In this document: one piece after another, positions 11,801-23,800 of the stretch
Numbering within the stretch: the stretch's first letter is position 1
Layout of the letters: the number at the start of each line of letters is the position of its first letter
Assembly: GCF_040938485.1 (NCBI RefSeq)
Contig: NW_027272284.1
Span: forward strand, 744,001 to 808,000
DNA length: 64,000 bases
Direction: 5' to 3'
From: Diadema antillarum
Lineage: Eukaryota
Translations under genes and position numbers: made by a program
Notes under the pieces: generated by a model
Database searches by the model: none
Seen by the model: the letters and a program-made list of their open reading frames with translations, nothing else
Told to the model about the DNA's origin: nothing

Positions 11801-14800
11801 CTTTGATATGATACTCTTGATGTGGACTATATCTGTGAACAATCCTATTTGTAATTCAATTCATAATTCTTTTTTTTTTTGCCAAACACAAAGACAAGAA
11901 CAATGTAAAGAATTCTGAGCAGTTGATAGGACTGAGTATTTGTATTCAATCTTGTTTTAATCATGTTTTACCATCACATGCTCTTTGCTTGTATCTTTTC
12001 TTTTACTTCACTTTCATCCATAAAAAGCATCTATGCGAGACTTCTGTAGAATGTAACATGTATGGACTACATGTATACAATGATGATTTTTTGTCATTAT
12101 ATTATTTTCCTTTATAGACTTTGAATTTCAAGACTTGAATTGGATGTGGAATTAAAGCTTAGTTTAAATGTCATGTAATGGCACATAAACTCCAAATACA
12201 TAAATGTAGAAAGTCAATCATGTCTTGCAGCGAATACTATGCTATTTTCCAGGCAAATTAATAGAGTTCAAGCAGAATTGATCAAAAATTCAAACATATT
12301 CAATAAGTTGTCAAATACATACGGGTATGTGTGAACAATGCTGTACATCTAATGGCAGATGTATATGTACAATTGTACAAGAAGATTCAGTGTGAAAGAT
12401 AACGTTTCTGCCATTCGGATGCTACTCCACTGAATACAAGTTCTCTGTTTTGTTTGTGTGTTTTTCAAGGAGAGCTTTGTGTCCAAATCCAAATAACCTC
12501 AAATGGACGGAAAAGACTAAACCTGTTTAGTACCTAGGACAAACTGATTTTGCTGTAACGCTCATTTCCTATCTAGGCACCTGCCTGAACCAAGGAGGTT
12601 TTATACAAATTACATGGAGTTCCAGCTGGCTGTAATTATTCAAACAGTTGTCCGATTTCTGTTGATGTACAAAAGAGTTCCACAGGTGCACTTATGCCTT
12701 TGATGATCGATGTTTGATGCCGCCGTCTTGCTGAGCAATCTGAAAATTCATTTTGAACGTTATCATAATGTTGGCCATATTTTGCTTATTTATTAAATGA
12801 AATGAAATTTCACTCAATGATAAAGCATGTAAAACAAAAGCCGACCCCGTCCAGAAATTTGCGCAGAAGTGTAAATCAGAGCTGTATCATGTAAAAATGT
12901 TTAAAACTGTACCATCCTGGAAAGCAGGTTTTATCACTTTTCTGCTTAATTTCCACAAATGAAACTAATATGGAATAATCTTCAAGTATAATTCACTATT
13001 GATAGATATATCAGATTAGTGCCCGGGTATGCCCAGTCGAGTAATTTTCATCTTTATTTTAGCATTTTTTGCTCAATTTCTATGCGCGCATCCTCGTGTC
13101 TGTACCACCTACCTTGTATAAGAAGGGATAGCGAAAAGTAATTACCATCACAAAGACATCTTCCTTTGAAAGTGGCTAGTGATTATGCAATGAGACACGA
13201 GTCAATTGTCTTCGTATCTGCACGGCAGATCCTGTTTGGCACATGCTTCAAATATTTTTGAGTGGCGGCTTTTAACATGGGATCAAAGGGAATAAGACTG
13301 ATGTCACTCCATCTCCAGAACCTCCTTGCCTGAACTGGTTAAAGGCATAGAACACATCCATGCAGTGCCTGTATTGAGCCTGACCACTACACTAGTAGAT
13401 AATGGAGAGGTTGCTGGCTTGTCATCTTTACTTCTCTATTTGTGCATAATGAATCTAAGGCTTGTGACATTGATCCACATGAACCTGTACCGTTATCTGT
13501 TCACCTATTGTCAATTGATGCTCAGACATCTACAATAAGCACACAGCTGCCTGGAATGATACCCAGTAAATTGAGATCGCATGGTGCCCTTAATAGTCCA
13601 TGTTGAATCCTGTGTGCTTGGCTAGTGCTATTTGATAGTTGGGTTGTCTCACATTGTGGCCAAGATTTCAGAAGAATCAACCAAATGCCAATAGAACAGT
13701 TTGGCAAAATGTTGCAAAGTCCTTCAACTCACGACATGTGAGATCTTAAAGTGAACATTGTAGTGCTCATATTACCAGTCTCTTCCTGTAAAAAGGTTAC
13801 TTGATGAGTAATACGAGGTGGTTTCCAAGAGAGGGGATTATTAGTTTTCAGAAATGATGAGAAAAAACACAATGACTCACAGACGGTAACTATACTGTGC
13901 ACCTGCTATATGGTTCAACATTGATCTTTGATTTCATGTCTGAATGTGTGATATTCCACTCTCTTACATTGTAAGTTCCATACCATGTAGTCTAGTGTGG
14001 AACAACAGTGCAGTTGACAGAACTTGAATCATTCATAGAGACCATGTTAATGTCATTGTGTCAAGAGTATTAAACAACATAATTGCAGTACGTAAGACCA
14101 TATCCGGGCAATTACCACCCCTGCTAAATACTGGATTAGTGATAGGGTTAGGTTTAGGTTTAGGGTTAGAATTTGGGTTAGGGTTACAGTAGGATTACAT
14201 TGTATGTTCAAGATCAGGATTAGGGTTACTGTCAGGAGAAAGGTCTGGGGTAATTGTCCAGCCCAGTGTACATTTTGTAATTCATCTTTCATCTTCAAGG
14301 AGATAAGGTCAAATTTTGACCATATCCAGATTGATGTTGTTAGTGCCACCATCGCAACTGACCAGTTAGGGAACGTATGTAGAGTGGGATGTGCACTTAT
14401 ACATGAATTCACATGTGAATTACTGTGGTATTAAATATCATGGTAATTTGTTAGCGCCATTCTAATTGGCAAAATGCGGTGATAATACATGTTCTGTAGA
14501 TACTGTGGCAATATTGATACCATTCTTGTTCATGAAATACTATTGTTGCTCTTGCTTGAAAGTACACCTTTCTGGGGTAAGCACTGTGCATGCACATGAC
14601 AAAATGTTATACAACCTGTATAACTCCTTTCGTTTCCATTTCTATGAAAGGGGAGAAGATAGGGGGTGTGTCAGGTTATGTGAGAAATACACCACTGTGT
14701 ATGATTGGTGGTATTTCATGACACAAGTCATAATACTCAAATCTTGCATGCATATTTTGTGCGAAGTGTGACTACCACCCTCAGTACCATGCTATTTCGC

Positions 14801-17800
14801 TGTATATTTCTCAGGTGTATTTTGTGGTGTGTTTGTGTTCACATAAAAACAAGTCAACAAACAAAATACTATGATATTTTACTGTAAATGTGAATGTGCC
14901 TTTACAAGTATGTCAGTGAGGTCATCTATTATGACATCACAGACTGTGGAGTGTCAGGGTCATCTGTTTAAGTGAAAATTATGAGAGTAGTTTTTCACAT
15001 GAGTGAAGTCAACTTACAGGGATTTCTAGTATAACATTCATCACTTGCTCTCTGTAGTCACAAAGAGCTACCAGAGCATATCATCCGGATATATTCATGA
15101 TGTAATAAACTATTTTAGAATCCAGTCTGTCGAATTCTTGAGATTTCCTTGTAGTGATTGATTTGAACAATATTCACTGAGGTGATATACAAAGACATAA
15201 ATTGTACTCTGGAACCTAAAACTCATGTCTAGTGGGAGTTGGTAGCAGGACAAGTGTGTCTGTGTCAAGAAATGCAAATATAATCAACTACCAAGTATTG
15301 ACATTAGTCAAGATATCATCACTTCACACTCCCTACCTGAAATACACAAAATGTGATTTACCGGTAATCTCAGAAGAGGAAATCATGTTATGCAGTTAAG
15401 TTTTCAGATCTTTTTTTAAAATACAAGATAGACATCATTGTTTACCAGGCAATTGTACTATTACTCAGTATCTTATGATTTTTTTTTTTAAAGTATCATT
15501 TTGATTGTAAAAGTATTCTATCCACATGTTTTTTTTTCACTCTTTGACATACACACTACATGTATGTTTAAGTATACTATGTAGCGAGTGAAAGCAGTGT
15601 AATGCTGCTTTCTTTACTGAGAAAAATTGAGGGTAAAGTCGTTATCGACAATAAACCAGTCAAATGTTGTCACAGTCTGGTGGCTGCTATACATTTTAAC
15701 TATCAGACCTTCAGCAAACAATTCTTAAGACTGACATGGTGTGAATAGTTCCCTGTTCATACGATTCCTTTATCTTAAAGCATGGAGCTACCAAAAAGAT
15801 GGAGTAACAACGAAGGCCACCAATATTACGTAACCCAACTACGAGCGGTCAGTTCTGACAGACTTCAAAGCACCGCACTCGCTGGGACGGCTTAACTCGT
15901 CCCGCAGGGGATACTTTGGCAAACGATGCTCCGAGCCGCAAAAATGACGTCATACTCACCAACATTGCACATACAATATAGTGCTGTATCGAGTCGAAAA
16001 CTCGACTTGCAACAACATATGGCTGCGCAAAACTTTGCTGAAGACCACGCGCATGCGCATAATATCCACAGGCAAAACAGAGGAGATACCGAGTGCAGTG
16101 CACTTTGAACGAACTGAATCGGCCCATGAACAGCGAAGGTACTGTACAGTGTATTGTCGTCATGCTTTGTGACTTGTAAAGTACATACCCTAAGAATAAA
16201 ATTCTTAATAAAAATCCCTCACATTTCTCCACATATTTCAATATCTGTCCGTAAAGCTGACATTTGAAACTACAATCTTACGTAAGTGTTGACTGCGTAC
16301 AATTGCGTACATTTTATCTATACCGTTGTGAAGCCAGCTGTTATTTGTCTTTGTGTTTGTTCGGGACAGCGTGACGGCCATTGTTGATCGTGTCGAGAGT
16401 GCAGTGTTTGTTTACATGCCGGTCGTATCATATCGTGATTTACATACTAAACGACGGTATGACATGTTAAACAATTTGTTACACTGCAGATTCACTATTT
16501 GTAGCTATAATTAATTCAGAATCATGTTAAATCGAATATGCTCGAAGTCGACGGGGCAGTTGCAGTTTGTGTAGTCCCATGCATTGACGTTCCATGGTGG
16601 AACCATGGAGCTAGGTAACTCCATGGTAAGAACCAGTTTGCGAACGCGCTGCGGATGACGTCATTGTGCGTACGCACTGTCTCATCTGTCATCGCTCTCG
16701 CTCACGGGGGCTTAGCGAGGATTATTTTTTACGAGTCGGCTTCGAGCATCACTTCAAAAGGACCCCAACCGTTGTTACTCCATCTTTTTGGTAGCTCCAT
16801 GCTTAAAGGTTACACATTGTTTTGGAGCTCGTAGTAGAGCCCCATGTACGATGTAGTCTACGATATGTACACAAGTTTTCCGTTCCGCACGAGAACCTGG
16901 CTGCCTATATACAGTATGGAATGGGATAGTAGCAATCTAAAAAAGTAGTCAAAGATTAGAACGACAAGACATCTTAGGATTTGTGCGTATATCCATGAGC
17001 CTTTTTTTTTTGGGGGGGGATGGTTCCCACTTGTAGTTTGGCGTCATGTCTACATGGTAAACAACAAATGCAAAAGTTAGTGTGACCTCGTGTGAACCGT
17101 ATTCCCCCATCTGCTGCCGGGTCAACCATCAGTGTGCTTTGTACACTACTGCGTGTATGGATCTTCCAGTTCTGTGGTTTAATCATCTTGCTCAAAAACT
17201 CAAACTTTAAAGACGCATAGACCTGGAAGTTGCAGGGGCGCTGTTGGATGATAGTGCCGATCACGTTAGCGTTTCTACGAAGATTGCTGAAGTTGAGCTG
17301 TTATCAAGAGTAAAGCTCGTAGCTGTTGCTCAGTAACATTGCTCTCGTTGTCTTCTGCGCGTCATGCAGTCAGTAGTGATGCCAGGGTGCATGCTTCTTA
17401 GTATGACGTCAAAGAAGAAGTTTGCTAAAGCTGTCACCATCAGCCAAATTATCAGCCGAACTGTGATCAGCCACTGACTACAGTGGATCGGACTTCTTCG
17501 GACTCATGGAAATGGGTAAAGCGTAAGCACTAAAGAGGAATTGATAGCATAGGTATCTGTAGGAAACTTGAGCAGTCTACCCGCGTACATTCGACTAAAC
17601 CACTGGGTCTATGTGCCTTTAATATTAGGTGTCATGTGGATGTAAGCTAATCATTGAAGTTTAAAACTTTGAAGATTACAAATGTCGTGTGAACATAACT
17701 TATGATAGATTAGAGGGTGTAATGAACGTGTAATGTGTGGAGATACAGATGGAGAAATGAGACGGGTGATTGACAGGTGGAAGCTGCTAGTGGAAGCATC

Positions 17801-20800
17801 TCATCAATCTCTCATCTTTGGAATCCATTGCTTCACTGGAGGTTAATGTCTTTACAAGGATAGAGAGACATTAGGGTATAACATAGTCAAACACTGAAGG
17901 AACAATGCAGCGTAAAGGAATTTGAGCATCAAAGATTAACCCATTGAGGACGGGCTGATTTTGCTGCAACACGCATTTCCCATAGACACCTGCCCGAGTA
18001 TGGTATCAAAGATTAACCCGTTGAGGACGGCCTGATTTTGCTACAACAACACGCATTTCCCATAGACATCTGCCCGAGTATACTCGGAACTCCTCGTCAA
18101 CAGGTTAACGCGTTCAATTGGGACTGCTCTAGGTGTCATAGTGAGACTGAACTTAAATCTCTTGAATTATCTGTATGTTGTGATTTTTCTTTTCTATTCA
18201 ATTTAGTATAGTATCATGTTTATAAGATATCATATCGTATAATTAGCAATCATTCAAATATGTCTGTAGCAAGAATCTGTTTTAGGTGTTGTATGATAAT
18301 GGTATGATAATGGAAATAGTAACATTAAATCTATAAAGAGGTATATCTACAGTGTATGATGTATGTTTTGATCATTGCAGATTACAATACCCAAAGATGG
18401 AGGGAGTTCCTTTGACAAGAACATGTATGCTGTAAAAATCATGGCTGTTGACTACAACGCAACCAACTATGCCCGCACAACGTAAGTACAAGTATAGTAT
18501 TTCCACTCTCCTATTTCATTTAACGTACCTGTTCCATAGTTCAATGTTTTTATGGCTGTAATTGAGGAACTACATTTCCCTATAACATCAGTTGCTTTGT
18601 GCATCGATTTTTATGCCTCCGCCACGAAGTGGTGCCGGAGGCATTATGTTTTCGGGTTGTCCGTCCGTCCGTCCGTCCGTCCGTCCGTCCGTCCGTCCGT
18701 CCGTCCGTCTTTCCGTCCGTCCGTCCGTCCTTCCGTCCGTCCGTCCGTCCTTCCGTCCGTCCGTAATGAATTTTGTGGACAGGGTAACTACCAAAACCTT
18801 TTGAGGTATCCTAATGAAACTTGGCATGTATGTGTATTAGGGGGTGAAGTTGTGCCTATCAACTTTTGGGTGCACATGCTCAAGGTCAAAGGTCAAAAGG
18901 TCAAGGTCAAATGCTTAAAATTTTACTATTTCCCCCATATCTATGCAATGCCTGAAGATATTTTCTGGAAACTTAGTGTATACATGTACTACCCAATTAA
19001 GATTCTCTGGTGAAAGTTTGGGGTCATGAGGTCAAAAGGTCAAAGGTCAAAAGGTCAAGTAAAATGTTAAATTCTCACTTTTTTCTCTGTATCTTGGAAA
19101 TTGTTTAAGGTATCTTCATGGAACATAGTATATATATGCATCTACTGACTGGCAGTGGTTATCTAGGGAATTTAGGGTTCATGGGGTCAAAGGTCAGGGG
19201 TCAAAGGTCAAGGGTAATACTTCAAAATTTTACTATTTTCCTTATATTTATGCAATGCCAGCAGGACTTTTTTTTTTTAAAACTTGATGTATGCCTGTAT
19301 AACCCAATAGAGATTCTCTGGGATTTTTTTTTTTTGCCAAGAAGGTCAAAGGTCAAAAGGTCAAAGATCAAGTGAAAGTGCTGAACTTTATTCTTTCTCC
19401 ATATCTCGGAAGTGGCTCAAGTTATCTTGAAACTTAGAACATGCCGAATTTATGTATGTTCTGCCTGACAGTGATTCTCTTATAAATCAAAGGCCAGATG
19501 AAAATGATAACAATTTACTGTTCAATACAGAAATTGCACTTTTTCTCCATACCTTGAAAATTACTCAGTGCATAAACTTATGAAATGGTCAAAGTCAAGT
19601 TAAAGTTCTTTAATCCCCAAATACATGCTCTCCTATTCATCCAATAAACATACATGGTAGGTCAAGGAAGGTAAACATTCAATACATTTGTGACAAACAT
19701 GTCATTTTAATATTTTGCCAATTTTGTGAAAATGTAATCACACATTGTCCACATGTACTATAGACCTATTAGGAGAATCATGCATTATGGCGGAGGCATA
19801 CCAGTCGCCATAGCGACATTTCTAGTTAACTATGTCTTTTGCGGAGTTATCTAAAATTCTAAGAGCACGATCAAATTTTGAATTATCCCTTATCAGAGTA
19901 ACAGTATGACAATTTTGAATATGAATAATCAAATTACATCAGTACCGTGTCTGTTCTAAATTTATTTTATGCAAATTTCAAGTGTGTTTACGATGTCTCT
20001 ATATTCCTAGTATGTGAAAATGCAAACTTGGGGTATTACACAAGAAGCTTCAAAATCACATGACTGAAGTGACTATCAATGTGATGACAAAATATTATAT
20101 TTGTTGATGTACTGAGATTTGGGTAATTTTTTGGCATTCCTTTTGTAACCCTGAAAATTAGATTCCTCTCATACAGTGGTACAGCTGTATATCATTGTAG
20201 AGACACCACATGTAGGTATTTCAGACCTTTCCTCAGAATGATAAATCTGGATTCTTTTATTTTATTTTTTTTTTTTTTGCGATAGAGGGGGAATAAATAT
20301 ACATGTAAATACCATAGATTTCCAGAGAATTTATTCGTATCCTGAAAAGAAAAAAAAAAAGAAAAAAGAAAAATTCTAGCCATTATTCGTGGTACAGATG
20401 GTGAGCATATTCTCAGGTGACTTGGGGCTTGTTTTTTAAACACTAAGGTGTATTACCGTAAGATTTCATACACAATGTTGACAGATGCTATTCTTCAACC
20501 GTGCAAAATGTTTTGACATTAGCAAAAGGGATATATGACCTTTAAGATGTGCTTTGTCCTTTTAGTCAAGGACAGACAACATTTGATCACCCAATCTGAC
20601 ATGCCCACATGCACACACTCATCACACATGAAACACAACATATCGAAGCCGAGCCAACGGCCGTCCCTCACCCATCCCATCCCCTCCCATGAATAGCTGC
20701 AGTTTGGATGCTGTGTCCTTGTCTTCCTACAAAGTGTGCATAATAATTATAGCGAGGGCTGTGGGTCATTAAGAGACTGTGAATGGGATTTTATGCGCTG

Positions 20801-23800
20801 GCCACATTAACACACTTTACCTTCTTCATTATGAGTCAGCCAACAGTAATATCATGTGACCAAAGTAAAATGGCAAAGCTAAAACTGGGTTAACAGTCTC
20901 AGCATACTGATTGTATGTACATGAAAGCACTGCGACATTTCCTTACTCGATTCCGAGGCAGACTCCAATAAAAGCGTAATGCATGTATATGCACCTTGAC
21001 CGTTTTATTTAGTGGATTTGGCGCAAGATACAGTAGCGCTCACGGTAACCTGTGTCACTCCCGCGTATTCCCGCGTGCTTCTTCGAGTGAATAAATCGGT
21101 GTTCACTTCCGACATACCTGCGGGGATACGCGGGAATACAGCGGGAGTACAACGCAGCGAGACCGCGTGCGATTTATCGTGTGGGAAACACGCCAAAACA
21201 GCCCGATGTACGATCAACGCAAGCACGATGTACGATCAACGCAATGTATGAACAATGCTATGCTTCGCATGGCTGATGAGTGTGCGATTTGCGCTGTGTT
21301 GGTCTACAGACCGTACATCCTTGCACTAAGTTGCAGCGCGCGTGTTCTTGCAGACAAACCAGCTCAGTCACAGTTGCAATTTGCAGAGTAAGAAGAAAAG
21401 CACGCAAAGAAAGCTGCCTAATTGTAATTTAATTTCACGTGCCAGCACATCGTACTAGTACCTCGCACGGAGGGCCCTGCAAGTAGCGAGGTTGGAGGGA
21501 CTCGATTCTACCTTCCTGTCAGTCCACTGCACAAAACTGCAAAGCAGCAAGCAACAGTAACACGAATGAAGCGATGTTACAAGCACGTGATTTCCCGAAG
21601 TTTAGGTGATGAAACGTCGTAGACTCACAGAGAAATTACAAAAAAAACCCTTTCTTTTCTAATTCGTGCACTCACCTCGTGACACATTTCCTGAGAAGAG
21701 TTCTTCTATCTTTGTCAATAAATTCACATCGAACCATGCAGTAATTTTCCAGAAAAAAAAAAAAAAAAAGATTCATCTTTAAACAATCAAATATTCCTGA
21801 ACGGGGAAAACCTTGTGAAGAAATTTATACTACATGTACGGTATCCGTAAATCGCTACTCATTCTCGGGGAAGTTGCACATCTCTCCCGTAAGTGGAGGA
21901 GTGTGAGGGAAACGCGGGAGTTACAAAACTCGCACCCCTCCCATAGTGAGAGCGTGTTGTGCGGGAAACGCGGGAGTTATAAAGCTCGGATAACAAAGAG
22001 CGTACCCCACCCGTATTAAGAGCAGGGTGTGAGGGAAACGCGGGAGTTACAAAGCTCGCACCCCTCCCATAGTGAGAGCGTGTTGTGCGGGAAACGCGGG
22101 AGTTACAAAGCTCGGATAACAAAGAGCGTACCCCACCCGTATTGAGCAGGGTGTGAGGGAAACGCGGGAGTTACAAAGCTCGCACCCCTCCCATACTGAC
22201 AGCGTGTTGTGTGGGAAACGCGGTAGTTACTAAAGCTCGTACCCCTGCCGTATTATTTTGTGCCCGTTTACATTTCCTTTTTTTTTTTAATCAGGTGATG
22301 AAACATCGTAGACCAACAGAAAAATAACAAAAAGCCTTTCTATTTCTTTTCTAATTTATGCACTTTCTCTACTGATCTAATCTTTTTCTGTTCTTCTTCT
22401 AATTACTGTCATTACAGTAGACCTATTAGTATCATCACAACAACTTTTTTACTATAACCTCAGTTTCTATCTTTCGTCTGCATGGGCACCAAGTGTTTTC
22501 TTTATTCAAGAGAAAAAAGAAAAAAATCACAAGCGTTGCGCTCAATCTACTTCGTTACGGTTATTATTGAGAAACTTCAATATACTATAGCAACGATTGT
22601 ACTAGAAATGCATATCAGCATCAAAGTAAGCCCATTTTCTATTATTCCTTGAGTTACAATAATCTCGCAGCCTTCCCTTGTTAACTCTATACCAGAGGAG
22701 GGATTACGGGGTAATTTCAAAGTTTGCGCTCTCTATTCAGTGGAGTGCGGTAAACGCGGGAGCACTAATCTTTTATCCCTCTCGTGATGCTCAGAGGAAG
22801 TTGAGGGAATACGCGGGAGGTACAAAAGCTTGCATATGCCCTCCGTGTTCACTGGAGCGTACGCGGGAATCGCGGGAGCTACAAAGTTTAATCTCGACTC
22901 CTCCCGTGTTCACAGGAGGTTCATCAGTGGAGTGCGCTTCTGCGGTAAACGCGGGAGCACTAATCTCTCATCCCTCTCGTGATGCTCAGAGGAAGTTGAG
23001 GGAATACGCGGGAGTTACAAAGCTCGGATAACAAAGATCGTACCCCTCCCGTATTAAGAGCAGGGTGTGAGGGAAACGCGGGGGTTACTATAAAGCTCGT
23101 ACCCCTGCCGTATTATTTTGTGCCCGTTTTACATTTCTTTTCTTTTTTTAATCTGGTGATGAAACATCGTAGACCAACAGAAAAAGAACAAAAAGCCTTT
23201 CTATTTCTTTTCTAATTTGTGCACTTACTCTGTGACACATTTTTCTGGGTAAAGTTCTTCAATCTTTGGCAATAAATTCACATTCATACTTTTTTCGAAA
23301 AAAATTGTGTTGCACAATATAAGTTGAGGGAATACGCGGGAGTTACAAAGCTCGGATAACAAAGATCGTACCCCATCCCATAGGGTGTGAGGGAAACGCG
23401 GGAGTTACAAAGCTTGTACCCCTCCCGTACTGAGAGCGTGTTGTGCGGGAAACGCGGGAGTATACTATAAAGCTCGTACCCCTGCCGTATTATTTTGCGC
23501 CCGTTTACATTTCCTTTTTTTTTAATCAGGTGATGAAACATCGTAGACCAACAGAGAAATGACAAAAAGCCTTTCTATTTCTTTTATAATTTATGCACTT
23601 GCTCCGAGACACATTTTCTGGGGAAAGTTCTTCAATCTTTGGCAATAAATTCACATTCATACTTTTCTCGAAAAAAAAAAGATTGTGTTGCACAATAAGC
23701 AATGAAATATTCTTGCTCACATTTTCTTCTCTACAGTTATGGTTTAATGAGAAAAATAGCGATATTTCCTTATAGTTTAGGCTTTATTGAAAAAAAAAGA

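Noticed and set aside
18552-19013. 153-aa ORF with SVRP repeats
   Set aside because: Translation of the (GTCC)n microsatellite in a DINE-like element.
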